Shown here: in pieces, positions 23,500 to 35,363 of the stretch | Layout: the number at the start of each line of letters is the position of its first letter | Position numbering within the stretch: the first letter of the stretch is position 1 | Assembly: GCF_001194135.2 (NCBI RefSeq) | Contig: NC_068981.1 | Coordinates: forward strand, 165,749,547-165,797,889 | Direction: 5' to 3' | Origin: Octopus bimaculoides | Taxonomy: Eukaryota | Length of the DNA: 48,343 bases | Position numbers and translations under genes: made by a program | The notes under the pieces: model-generated | What the model was told of the DNA's origin: nothing | Databases searched by the model: none | The model's input: the letters and a program-made list of their open reading frames with translations, nothing else

Positions 23500-24924
23500 A
23501 TTTAAGAGCTGTGTCTTAGCCAGACACACAACCAACAACTGTGTCAATGACAGGGATAACAACCACTAGTCTCTGGAACTCAATTGCTTTGGCCAGAGTT
23601 TGGGGAATCTTTTTTAATGTTTAAAGGTTACACTGAAATTAACTGCCAACTGATAAGGATATATGTAAAAACATTTACAATGCTAAAATTATTTTGTAGA
23701 GCATAATTATTCATAAAAGCTCAAAATGAGAAAAAGGGTTTCAGAATAAGTGATTCACTGTAACTTTCAAAATTTGTTTGATTTAAAACAATAACAGTTA
23801 CCATTATAAAGAAATTCGAACAGGTGTTCTTAAAATTCCAGTTAGTTGAAAAGATAGGCTTTTAATAAAACTAAATGTATTCTAGTGAAATGATTTCACC
23901 ATAGACTGAACATCATTCAGAAGGTTACAGGTTCTCCAACTTTAGCTGGTTCTTTTGCACAGTGAGACCAGAATAAAGCAAAATGAATCAACAGTGTATG
24001 TATGAATAGCATTATATTATCATCATTTAGCGTCCGTTTGCCATGCTGGCATGGGTTAGACGGTTTGACTGGAACTGGTAAACCAGATAGCTGTACCAGG
24101 CTCCAACCTAATTTTGGCCTGGTTTCAACAGCTAGATGCCCTTCTTAACGCCAACCACTCGAAGAGTGTAGTGGGTGTACTTTACATGTCACTGGCACGA
24201 GTGCCTTTTACGTGTCACATTGTGTCAAAAAATAAAAAATTTCAGCATAATAGATATTGGTAAATTTATGTAGCTCTGCTAAAAAAAAATCCAGAAGGCT
24301 GAAGTGGTACACCTTCAATAGTAAATACTTATCGCTCAATCAATTACCAACGCCCAATCTAGAAGTTTCCAGAAATTGGTTGTTTGAGAAATGATTTGCT
24401 GGTGGGACACCTTTCTAGTTGATCCTGGCAGAAAATGCGCTCAAGATTTTTCGTCTGACTTCGAAAAGTTAAGCAGGAAATTTGTATCATTTACCGTCTT
24501 TGATAGGAAAGACACCAAATATAACACACAAACGTCAAAAAGGACTAATGGTATATATATATATATTATTCAACCAAGAAACAGAGGTCTTTGAATTCGC
24601 GTGATAAAATAAGGGGGGCACGGTTGAGGCAAAGAACATGAACGGTAATAAAGACACAAGAAAATTAAACAAGTTGAATGAGACATAAACACTACGAAAG
24701 AAATCCTGGGTTTAAAGCGTAACTCCACTTGATATGAACAGTTCTAAATTGTTCATATTTTTAATTAAAACTTCACAGTTTTATGTAATAAGTTGTGTTT
24801 CAAACATTGACTTAAATACAAAGTCGATCTTCCAAAATACATGAATATTTTCGAAATTAACTGAAACATATAAGAAGTATCATTTGCAGAAAATACGGTC
24901 ACAAAATGTTGAAAAGCTTTAGGC

Positions 24925-24984
24925 TTGAAGGGCTGCTTATATATATATACACATATATATATATATATATAAGCAGCCCTTCAA
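24925..24984. repeat. 60-bp palindrome (25-bp perfect stem)
   Basis: ttgaagggctgctt(at)n ... (at)n aagcagcccttcaa. Confidence 0.95.
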
Positions 24985-25084
24985 TCATGTGTATATATAT
25001 ATAATGTATGCATGTATGTACATACACTCCTTCAATTCTACAACATTAAACCTTTTTTTTTTTTTGTAGATGGATAACACAGCT

Positions 25085-25310
25085 TTCGTTCGGAAAAGGA
25101 AAAATACTTCCGGTAAGGGACATAACCATATCAAAGAGGCTCCTTTTTTTTTTTTCCATTTTTCTACTAGGGTCCCCATTTACCTTATTCTTAATTCTAC
25201 TCGTATATTATAATTTATCTTCTTCTCTACAATATAACTGTCACATTATGTCAGACGTCAATATAAATATTTTCACTCATTCGGGGAAATTTTAGGAAAC
25301 CGGAAAAAAA
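25085..25310. promoter_or_regulatory. Possible promoter/enhancer island in PIN1 intron 1 (ETS-like and CRE-like motifs)
   Basis: CTTCCGG near 25107, ACCGGAAA near 25299, GACGTCA near 25254; motif matches only. Confidence 0.3.
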
Positions 25311-25491
25311 TTTAAAAAAAAAAAAGAAAAAGCCATATGACAAGTGAAATACAAAAATTTTATCTATCGAAAATCAATTAAATAAATCGGAATAAAAGGA
25401 AAATAAGACTAGAGTGCGCTTACAAAAGATTGTAAACAATTATATATTAGAACAATCTTTTATATCATGATTAGTTATTAACCTAAGCAAT

Positions 25492-25522
<31 letters not shown>

Positions 25523-25791
25523 TAGTTTACGTATATATTATCTCAGTTTTAAAAAAACTTTGACAATGTAAATATGTTAATAGTTACCCTGGGTAGCAAA
25601 AATTACACAAAAAAACAGTATATCACACCCGTTTTATATATATATATATATATATTCATTGATAGTGAAGGAAAAAAAATAATTGATAATTACTATTTTA
25701 AAGGAGAAAAATTAACCACTAAGACTAAATGAAAATTAGAAGGCTTTCTAAATATTACAATTAGATATATGTAATCAAAAATACAGCCCAC

Positions 25792-25843
25792 CAGATTTGC
25801 GACTGATGCGTTTTTCCCAACCGGCTGGTAACTGATCGTCCAT
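25792..25843 (-). CDS. PIN1: PIN1 coding exon 1 (start of WW domain: MDDQLPAGWEKRISRKS+G)
   Basis: ATG at 25843-25841; 52 nt = 17 codons + 1 nt; matches the Pin1 N-terminus (human LPPGWEKRMSRSSG); GT donor at 25791-25790 in phase 1, fitting exon 2. Missing from the ORF track because it is short. Confidence 0.93.
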
Positions 25844-25944
25844 GATGAATTTCGAGCAGATTTGTGCGCCTTTTGATGGAGCGGTGGAATACCGGTGTAA
25901 ACTGAAATAAGTTACCCACTAATATTACTTCTAATCGTTTGCAC

Positions 25945-26135
25945 ACCGGACTAGATGCTTAGCAGTATTTCATTCGTCTTTAAATTTCTGGGTTCAAATT
26001 CTGCCGGGATTGACTGTGCCTGTAAACCTTTCAGGGTCGATGAAATAAGTACCAGTCATGCACTGGTGTCGCTGTAATCGACGAGCTCCTCCCACAAAAT
26101 TTCAAGCTTTGTATTTATGGTAGAAAGGATTATTT
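25945..26135 (+). mobile_element. SINE-C about 100 nt upstream of the PIN1 ATG
   Basis: ggttcaaattctgccggg B box; tail tagaaaggattatt. Confidence 0.8.
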
Positions 26136-26639
26136 CTAATATTATTCTGTTTTCTTTTATATATTTCGATTTCGGATTTGTTAAATTTTTTTAATCCTTG
26201 TTATTCATTTTCATATTTATTTAAGAAAAATTGTACTAGAAGATTATCGTTTTCGAAATAGCGTGTACGCGAAATTAAATATTTTGATAGGTTTTTCCTA
26301 ATCGCAACCATACATGTTCAACTGGCAAATAACAGAAACCTCAAAACAAATATGATAATCTAAATTATCTGGCAAAGCATTGTCCAGTTATAAACGGTAA
26401 TTTAGACAATGATCAAATACGCTAATTACGCTCCGTAGTCGATGGGATCACAAACATCTTATTTCTCAGTCCCTATCAACAACCCATTTTCGTTTAACAG
26501 GACACACTCTATTCAAATTTCGGTGCACATTGGGATTAGACACTGAGGGAAAACTGCTGTAACTTTTTTATCCTTTCATTTTGGCGATTTTTCGCTTTCG
26601 ATAATGTGTTCTACATATCACTTTCATGCGATTCCCCCT

Positions 26640-26743
26640 ATAAAGTCAACCTCGGTGGAATTTGAACTCAGAATGTAAAGACAGACGAAATACTGCTAAG
26701 CATTTCGCCCAACATGCCAACGTTTCTGCCAGCTCGCTACCTT
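26640..26743 (-). mobile_element. SINE-C 5' half
   Basis: Core and intact head; inverted relative to 26772-26986. Confidence 0.85.
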
Positions 26744-26771
26744 CTCAACATTGCAATATTGTCTCAATGAT

Positions 26772-26986
26772 GAAGGCAGCAAGCTAACAGAACCCTTAGC
26801 ACACTAGGCAAAATGCTTAGTGGTATTTTGTCCATCATTACGTTCTGAGTTCAAATTCTGTCATGGTTAACTTTGCCTTTCATCCTTTCAGGATTGACAA
26901 AATAACTACCTATCATGTACTGAGGTCAATGAAATCAACTTTCTCCCTCCCTCAAGATTATTGGGCTTCTGCCAAAATTTGAAACC
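26772..26986 (+). mobile_element. SINE-C, ttgaaaccaatatt tail subtype
   Basis: 18-bp direct repeat caatattgtctcaatgat at 26754-26771 and 26987-27004. Confidence 0.9.
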
Positions 26987-27058
26987 AATATTGTCTCAAT
27001 GATCACTTTATGCACATCCCCATTTTCTCAAGAATAGTGAACTTTTAATCTCAATCTC

Positions 27059-27420
27059 AGTTAAGCTTGCTTCCCAACCACATGGTTCGGGGTTCAGTCC
27101 CACTGCATGGCAGCTTGGGCAAATGTTTTCTACTACAGCCTCAGGCTGACCAAAGCCTTGTGAGTGGATTTGGTAGATGGAAACTTAAAGAAGCATGTGT
27201 GTGTGTGTCTGTGTTTCTCCTTATCCCCCCACGTCATTGCTTGACAACTGTTGTTGGTGTGTTTATGTTCCCATAACTTGGCAGTTTGGCAAAGGAGACC
27301 AATAGAAGAAGTACTAGGCTTACAAAGAATATGTCCGGAGGGGGCGATTTCTTTGACTGAAACCTGTTGAGGCAGTGCTCCAGTATGGCCGCAGTTAAAT
27401 GACTGAAACAAGTAAAAGAG
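27059..27420 (+). mobile_element. SINE family B
   Basis: Same head, body and tail; slightly 5'-truncated. Confidence 0.85.
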
Positions 27421-28239
27421 TATCGCCATTTTTACAAGAATAATAAAATTTTATTTTCTATTAGTTTTTCCACCGGAAATACATGTGAAATATAAAACAT
27501 GCTGTATTTAGGTTATCTGATCTTTGATATGAAATGATTCAGGAATAAAACCACTGGAAGACAAAAAAAAGAAAGGAATAACAGACAGGAGTTAGAATGA
27601 TACACAAAGCGATTCCAGCACAAAGTAAACAACTAACCAGAAAGTCAAGTCAGCTCTTCCTGTTGCCCAATAACATTGCACTTACACACACGAAAGTCAG
27701 GGAAAAATATATGGCCATCATAAATGAGAACCAATCAAAATGCTTCAGACAAAGTTGTCAAGCAGGCTGCAAATGAGATAACAACATACAAATTTCTGTG
27801 TAAAGCTTACAGCATGAAATTTTTTCATCCAAAAACATAATGCCACAATGAGATCTATTGAGATCTATCCTGTTTTAAATGCATCATAAAATACAATGGT
27901 AATTATTAAATACAGTCATTATATATTATGTAACAATGTGTGTGTATGTACATATTTAAGTGTTTATGCATATATATATATATGCATAAATACTCAAGTA
28001 TATATATATATACATATCCTTTAAGGGATTTTATTTTGCAAGTACTTGGTAACCGTACTAGTAGTAGTGGGGTGCATGAAAAAAATTGCCTGTTGCACTC
28101 TGTAAAGTTGTTGGTGTTAGAAGAGTATCCACCTGTAGAAACCATACCAAAGCAGGCATTGGAGCTCAGCGCAGTTCTCTGGCTTGCTGGTCCAGTTGAA
28201 CCATCCAACCCATGCTAAGATATATGTAATGTATGTATG

Positions 28240-28292
<53 letters not shown>

Positions 28293-28660
28293 GCATAAAG
28301 TAATTTATCTTTATATATAGGCATATATATATCTATGCATTATATATAGATATTTAGATAGATAGGTAGATAGATAGATAGATAGATAGGTTGGTAGGCA
28401 GTCATATTGATATACACATGAATATAGATAGAGGTATAAATATAGATAAAGATCTATGTATATACACTTGTGTGTATATATATGCATTTATATTTCTAAC
28501 TATATGTGTATGTATATATATAAACATAAACACATATGAACAAATTTTAATAAGTAGAGCATTAAAATTCGTCTGTCTGATGTGCCTAATTTAGCCTCTA
28601 TTAAGTCAACTACAAATCGCTCTAAATTAAACAAGTGTGATATTAATTCTAAACATATAG

Positions 28661-28823
28661 TGCAGAAGTGGCTGTGTGGTAAGTAGCTTGCTTACCAACC
28701 ACATGGTTTTGGGTTCATTTCCACTGTGTGGCACCTTGGGTAAGTGTCTTCTACTATAGCCTCGGGCCGACCAAAGCCTTGTGAGCAGATTTGGTTGACG
28801 GAAACTGAAAGAAGCCTGTTGTA

Positions 28824-28866
<43 letters not shown>

Positions 28867-29074
28867 ATATATTTGCGTGTCTGTGTTTGTTCCCCCAGCA
28901 TCGCTTGACAACCGATGGTGGTGTGTTTACATCCCCGTAACTTAGTGGTTCGGCAAAAGAGACCGATAGAATAAGTACTAGGCTTCCAAAGAATAAGTCC
29001 TGGGGGCGATTTGCTCGACTAAAGGCGGTGTTCCAGCATGGCCGCAGTCAAATGACTCAAACAAGTAAAAGAGT
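28661..29074 (+). mobile_element. SINE family B, full length
   Basis: Complete head, internal (TA)n(TG)n and tail. Confidence 0.9.
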
Positions 29075-29104
29075 ATATCAAGAATTTTAGTTTTAATAAT
29101 AATA

Positions 29105-29780
29105 CTGTATGGGGCTAGCAATTTCAGGGGAGTGAGTAAGTCGATTACATTACTCCAGTGCTTGACTGGTATTTGTTTTAGTGATCCTGAAAAGATTAAA
29201 GGCAGGATCAACCTTGACAGAATTTGAACTCACAATGTAAAGACAGATAAAATGCCACTAAGCATTTCGCCTAGCATGCTAATGATTCTGCCAGCTTGCC
29301 AACTTTGTGAGTTAGTATATTAATGGTGGTACTAATAGTAATAATCCTTTCTACTGTGTGGAGGTGCATGGCTTAGTGGTTAGGGTATTGAACTCATGAT
29401 TGTAAGATTGTGGTTTTGGTTCTTAGACAGGACGACACATTGTATTCTTGAGCAACACTCTTCATTTCACATTGCTCCAGTTCACTCAGCTAACAAAAAT
29501 AAGTAATCTTGTGATGGACCAGCATCCTCTCCAGGTGGGGAATATATATTCACCATGGAAACCAGGAAACCGGCCTTATGAGTCTATATGACTTGGGAAA
29601 GAACTTATTTTTTACCACTTTCTGCTGTAGGCACAATCCATGAAATTTTGGGAAGAGGGGGCAAATCAAATACTTCAACCCCGGTGTTCAACTGGTACTT
29701 ATTTCATTGACCCTGAAAGTCAAACTTGGTGGAATTTGAACTCAGAATATGAAGATGGATGAAATTCTGCTAAGCAATTT
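29105..29780 (-). mobile_element. Two SINE-C copies (29105-29302; 29342-29780, split by a SINE-A insertion)
   Basis: Core motif matches. Confidence 0.8.
29359..29606 (+). mobile_element. SINE family A, tail type 2, inserted into the tail of a SINE-C copy
   Basis: Flanked by ctttctactgt (29347-29357) and ctttctgctgt (29618-29628), an 11-bp duplication with 1 mismatch that splits the SINE-C tail. Confidence 0.8.
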
Positions 29781-29852
29781 TCTGTGTATATATGTATGTA
29801 TGGATTGAGGGATTGATAGTTTTCTGCTGAATTACGTTTTATATATATATAT

Positions 29853-30157
29853 ATATCATCATCATCACCGTTTAACGTCCACTTTCCATGTTAGCATGGG
29901 TTGGACGATTTGACTGAGGACTGGCGAACCAGATGGCTGCACCAGGCTCCAATCTGATCTGGCAGAGTTTCTACAGCTGGATGCCCTTCCTAATGCCAAC
30001 CACTCCGAGAGTGTAGTGGGTGCTTTTACATGCCACCGGCACGAGGGCCAGTCAGGCAGTACTGGTAACAGCCATGCTCAAATGGTGTTTTTTACGTGCC
30101 ACCTGCACAGGAGCCAGTCCAGCAGCACTGGCAACAACCTCACTCGAATGTTTTTTC
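29853..30157 (-). mobile_element. Repeat D, close relative of 19964-20357
   Basis: Reverse complement aligns to 20357-20030; truncated by a gap. Confidence 0.85.
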
Positions 30158-30405
30158 NNNNNNNNNNNNNNNNNNNNNNNNNNNNNNNNNNNNNNNNNNN
30201 NNNNNNNNNNNNNNNNNNNNNNNNNNNNNNNNNNNNNNNNNNNNNNNNNNNNNNNNNNNNNNNNNNNNNNNNNNNNNNNNNNNNNNNNNNNNNNNNNNNN
30301 NNNNNNNNNNNNNNNNNNNNNNNNNNNNNNNNNNNNNNNNNNNNNNNNNNNNNNNNNNNNNNNNNNNNNNNNNNNNNNNNNNNNNNNNNNNNNNNNNNNN
30401 NNNNN

Positions 30406-30665
30406 GATGTGTTACCTAAGATTAATTTTGAGGATTTGATCAAAGACTTTGCAATTCAAAAAAGTAGGAGGAAACTTTTCAAATATAAATAAAGTGGAAG
30501 TATACAAAAATAAAGATTATTTTCCCTCTTACTGTTTTGTTTTGTTTTGAAAAAATAAAAATTTATTTTATGGTTTGTTATTGTTTATATTTTGAATTTC
30601 ATAATCTTTTATCTTTTAAAATCTTTTAAGTGCTTAGGGCCTCAATTGGTCTTAATCTGGCTCTG
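30406..30665 (+). mobile_element. hAT transposon 3' fragment (end of dimerisation domain plus right end)
   Basis: DVLPKINFEDLIKDFAIQKSRRKLF resembles the hAT C-terminal DFAxxKxR motif; ends cttaatctggctctg, like a CAGGGCCGG-type TIR. Confidence 0.65.
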
Positions 30666-30669
30666 TATA

Positions 30670-31542
30670 CTGGGTGTGGTGAATAAACTGTCATCTAAAT
30701 TATGCAAAAATGAAAATAACACTGGCATCTCATTTCAACAGATATTTTTACCAAAATTACATAAAAATATCTTGAAATACTAGTGAGTAAATTTATTCAA
30801 TAAAATCGCTATTGACATCAACCACGGTCTCCAGATGACTTCGGAATCTCCTGCAACTCTTCTGGATGGCTTTCTTGCTTAAGTTTGAGAATGCTGTCAT
30901 AATCCTTGCCTTCAGTTCATCTTTAGTGTTACAAGGATTTTGTTGGTCTCTCACTCAACTGTGCCCCACACATAATAATCAAGGGGGTTGCAGTCTGGGG
31001 AGTTAGGTGGTCAGATGTTAGGGATGATGTGGTTGCAAAAATTGTCTGACAGTCACAACTGGGATGTCCTGCTTGTGTAGCACGGTACAGAGTAATGTTG
31101 CCAGACATAGAGTGTTCCGGCAGCCATCCTCTTGACTCAGGGTAGCACTACCATCTCTAGGCATTTGATGTAGGCTTCCGTGTTGAATGTGAGACCATGT
31201 GGGAAGATGAATGAAGGCATAACATTGCCATCACTAGTGATCACTCCAAACACCATAATGTTGACTGGATGTTTTATTTTAATTACACTTGGTACATGTT
31301 CTCAGATTGACACCCAAGCACTCTGAAATGTTTGTATTGGAGTTCCTAGTGCAAATGCCAAGCAGTACAGCATATTGTTTCTAAATTTCTGGCAGAGTGA
31401 ATCGTATCGTGGTGCTGTTTTTCTTACAGGTGGTGCCCAACTGATCCTACTATACTGTGTAGTCGACAAAATAAAAAACAAACAATGGGCCATGTGCAAA
31501 ATTGAAAATATAAAATGGCAACAATTTGCACATCACACCTTG
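30670..31542 (-). mobile_element. Internally deleted Tc1/mariner DD37D (maT-like) element
   Basis: TA flanks and imperfect TIRs; KHPVNIMVFGVITSDG...YVWQHYSVPC...PPNSPDCNPLDYYVWG, with 37 residues between the (mutated) second Asp position and the final Asp; stops present. Confidence 0.85.
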
Positions 31543-31550
31543 TATATATA

Positions 31551-31584
<34 letters not shown>

Positions 31585-32419
31585 CACAAAAGCTCCTAAT
31601 TTATTATGTCAGCTACAGCCTAATGATACCAAAATATATTATGTAAATAAGTTATTTTTTTATTACACATATCTAGTCCCAGAACTTTCTCATACCACCT
31701 TGTAAATTGCCCATTGTGTCTTTAAATGACTTGAAATGATTGAAACTTAATAAACTAATGAAATATGAAAGGAAATACATGAATAAACGTTATAGATTTA
31801 AGAAGTATCGAATGTTAAAAAACGGTAACATAAAAGTACATTGGTTGTGATGTAAAATCCTAATATTTGTACTAACGGCTCCAAGTTAAAACTCTAGTAA
31901 GTAGAAAAGAAGTTGTTTAAAATTTCATATTTTCCACTTTATTCTTTAACATACTTTTTTCTCACTTTATTCTTCAACTTACTTTCTCTCACTTTGTATA
32001 GGTCATTTTATGTACATAAATCGAGGGATCGACACATGGTTCCCGATAGAAAGATAGATATGGAAACAATAAATTCTAGATTACATGCATACATAGATAC
32101 ACACACTCGCACACACAGATACACATGCATACATAGACTCTCTCTCTTCGGTAATTCGTTTACTTTTAATGAATTAAACCCAAAATGGAAAAAAAAAATT
32201 AACTAGAGTTACTTCCCTTAAACAATTAAATAGACGAGACGTTATTTGCGTTTGACAAGTTATTTGAGTTAACAGCAACAGTAACATTTCTTTCCCAAGA
32301 GATTGTTATTATCTCTTTACATTTTTAATATAGATTTCTTTCACAGTTACATAAGGCCACAAATTTGGAACAGTGTTGTTTTCTGATTTTTTTTATTGGG
32401 AGTTGAACCCATCTCTTTC

Positions 32420-32660
32420 TCAACCTCTCTGAGACCGGTGAGATAGACGCGGTTAATATTGGTTGACGACTGTGAGGCAAAAAACATGGATACAAAAAGA
32501 ATTCTAGCAGGATAGCTTTGAAGAAGAACGGGACGTAGCAGTTTGTGCGGGGCCTTCCAAGTTGGCAAAGTAATGGGAGACGAGTAGGCCGAGTTTATCT
32601 GAATGTAGATGGTAGGAGCTCTGAGCAGCAAAGACCGTTGAAGTGGTGATGATAACACAT
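32420..32660 (-). mobile_element. Possible CR1/Jockey-like RT C-terminal remnant
   Basis: HHHFNGLCCSELLP...RTNCYVPFFFK...NINRVYLT; highly degenerate. Confidence 0.4.
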
Positions 32661-32989
32661 CACTAGGATTTGAGAATTTGTATCACCTCGAAAGAAAGAA
32701 ACGCTTATGAATGTCGGTTTTGAGGGTGGGGGTTAACGTACAACTCATGGTCTTTATACATTGTTTCTATATTTTGTAATATCTTTTTTGTTTTTTAATT
32801 TTGGTATGTCTCAAAATTCTTCAGTTTCAGTCTTTTCTCTTCGATGTTTTAATGTCCCCACTTTTCTATTATCGCACGGTGGTCTGTTGAAGAGGAAGAA
32901 AAATAAAGTAGAAATGAAAAAGTTTGGGGTTATGCAGCGGTGACCAAGACACATGAATGGTTAAACGATTGTTACATCCTACCATCATT

Positions 32990-34125
32990 TCTCCTCCCGC
33001 TCCCAACCTCCACCGTCACATTCTTGGGGAGTTAACTCGTATCCCACTACCACCACCACCATCTCTTCTATCGTCAGATTCGGCCAGAATTAGTCCTGCT
33101 CATCCTTTTATTCACCCCACAACTCTTGTTGCAGCCAGCCTGCCGCCATCGCCCCCTGCCCNNNNNNNNNNNNNNNNNNNNNNNNNNNNNNNNNNNNNNN
33201 NNNNNNNNNNNNNNNNNNNNNNNNNNNNNNNNNNNNNNNNNNNNNNNNNNNNNNNNNNNNNNNNNNNNNNNTAATGCTCTTCATGAAGCTCCCTCCCTCT
33301 ACCTCCATTACTAACTTTCCCCCACCTCCACTTATTCACTCCACCACTCCTGTAACAGCCACCCTGCCTCCTGCACCCACCGAGTCCCGCCACCAGAGTT
33401 AATGCTGTTCACCCACCTACCCCCTCTACTTCCAACGCCAATCTTCCACCACCACGATCCCCTCCCCGTCAGAATTCTAATTCTAATGCCCACCTCCAAG
33501 TTGTATTTTCTGCACCCGTACAAGTCGCTATTTGGAGACCATCTTGTGTAGTCTAAGTTACCACAAGAGCTGCGTTGGCATTACTTAGGTTCAAGCCGAA
33601 AGTTTTTCGAACAGGACATGCAACTAATGCCACTCCAGCTCCGACATACTTAGGACAGAACCTTGCTCTATTGTCCAGATCCCTGTTGAGGATTTTGCCG
33701 TCGCCCTCCAGGGCTTGTCTAAGTTGAAGCTCATCAACCGGATCACTAAGGGAGCTTGTTCTGCCTGTGTTCTCTCGAAGCTGTTGAAGACCGTCTGCCT
33801 ATCCAACAACACTTTGGATTGGCAGAAACTGTTCCTATTTCCTTTGGTCTCTCTCCACGTGACGAACGTGAATACTGGATCCCTCACATCTTCCCTTCAA
33901 CAGCAGTTTCAGCTGTTCGAGTCGAACCCAACCACTGTTCATCTCAGGTCGGTGAGGGCACAACCTCGAACAATGGCCGACAACCTAACTTAAAGAAGGC
34001 CGTTAATACTAAATTCAGTGAATTTGACATTAAAGGGACTGTTCGCCTCCTCTCATCTTTGTCCTCTCTCGCCCAGCGTACTACAGTTTCCCTCAATCGA
34101 CTGAAGAAGAAACGACCCTCCATAT
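32990..34125 (+). mobile_element. CRE-like retrotransposon N-terminal remnant (Pro-rich region, PHD-like finger, pre-RT region)
   Basis: YHKSCVGIT*...TCN*C, LINRITKGACSACVLSKLL...WQKLFLFP and KFSEFDIKGTVRLLSS...LNRLKKKRP resemble the RIPKGAR and GDxxGAVRLLSS motifs. Confidence 0.6.
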
Positions 34126-34427
34126 TTGTTTTCGTTCGGTTTCCCTGTATGTCTCCACTGTCTTGTTTTTGTTCCTAACTTTAACCGTCCATAAATCCAA
34201 AATATTTTTTTGTATTTATGGGAGCAACTGTCTTCGAAGACTCATATTGTCGTTGACTGCTCGAAATGGGGAGTAGATAGACAGCCGACAACTGATGAAG
34301 GGTCCTTCTTCGTATTATTTGTTTTTTTTCTCTCGTTATTTGCGTAATTAACTTATTTGTTTTCGTATTTCATGTCTACTGATGGTGGCGTCTTGTACCC
34401 ATATATGCATGTATAAGTATATATATA

Positions 34428-34586
34428 GAGTGGCTGTGTGGTAAGTAGCTTGCTTACCAACCACATGGTTCCGGGTTCTGTGCCACTGCGTGGCATCTTG
34501 GGCAAGTGTCTTCTACTATAGCCTCGGGCCGACCAAAGCCTTGTGAGTGGATTTGGTAGACAGAAACTGAAAGAAGCCCGTCGTAT
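34428..34586 (+). mobile_element. SINE family B, 5' half
   Basis: Head up to the internal microsatellite; abuts a DD37D transposon fragment. Confidence 0.85.
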
Positions 34587-34588
34587 AA

Positions 34589-34859
34589 AACCTCTTGTAA
34601 CACCAAAGATGAACTGAAGAGAGAGATTATGGCAGCAATCACCAACTTATACAAAGAGACCGTCCAGAAGAGTTGCAGGAGATTCCAAAGTCGTCTGGAG
34701 GCCGTGGTTGAAGCCAATGACGATTTTATTGAATAAATTTACTCTTTAGTATTTCCAGATACTTTTATGCAATTTTGGTAAATATATCTGTTAAAATTAG
34801 ATGTCAGTGTTATTTTCATTTTTGCATAATTTAGATGACAGTTTATTCACCGCACCCTA
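34589..34859 (+). mobile_element. 3' end of the same DD37D family
   Basis: CNTKDELKREIMAA...SRLEAVVEANDDFIE*; TIR caccgcaccct then TA; reverse complement of 30670-30940. Confidence 0.85.
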
Positions 34860-35149
34860 TATACTCGTATATGCCTGCACACTACCACATGCACGCACAC
34901 ATACATTGTTAGTGTTTTTTACCTCTGTCCACATGAGTTAGGTCTTGGAGCAAATGACGATCCAGATTTACTACGAATAATACACTACTCTCTGTGTCAC
35001 TGCTTAGGTATTTGAAGCCATGGCATCATCCTCTGAAGAAAAGTATTTAATAACACTGAGGATAATTAAAGCAAAAGGGGGAAATAAAGATTTTTTTCTT
35101 TTTTTCATGAGAGATGATAAAATTGCAAATTTATTTTCGTTCATTTCAT

Positions 35150-35363
35150 TTTCTCTACTATAGGCTCAAGACCAGAGATTTTGGAGAAGAGGGACAGTCG
35201 ATCATATCGACTTCAATATTTGACTGATACTTATCTTATCTACTCCAAAAGGGTGGAAAGCAAAGCCAACGGCGGTGGAATTTGAAATCAGAACATAAAA
35301 CTGGAAGAAATACTGCTAAGCATATTGTTCGACGCAGTTACGATCTTAGCAGCTCACCATCTT
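35150..35363 (-). mobile_element. SINE-C, diverged
   Basis: Core motif match. Confidence 0.8.

Noticed and set aside
25761-25946. 61-aa minus-strand ORF over PIN1 exon 1
   Set aside because: It is an out-of-frame overlap with the true exon and has no independent support.
26255-26285. E2F/CHR-like motifs (TTTCGCG, TTTCGAA) upstream of PIN1
   Set aside because: Imperfect matches with non-canonical spacing and an unknown transcription start.
34255-34305. Possible hammerhead ribozyme (GAAA ... CTGATGA)
   Set aside because: Core words are present, but stems I and III cannot be paired by eye.
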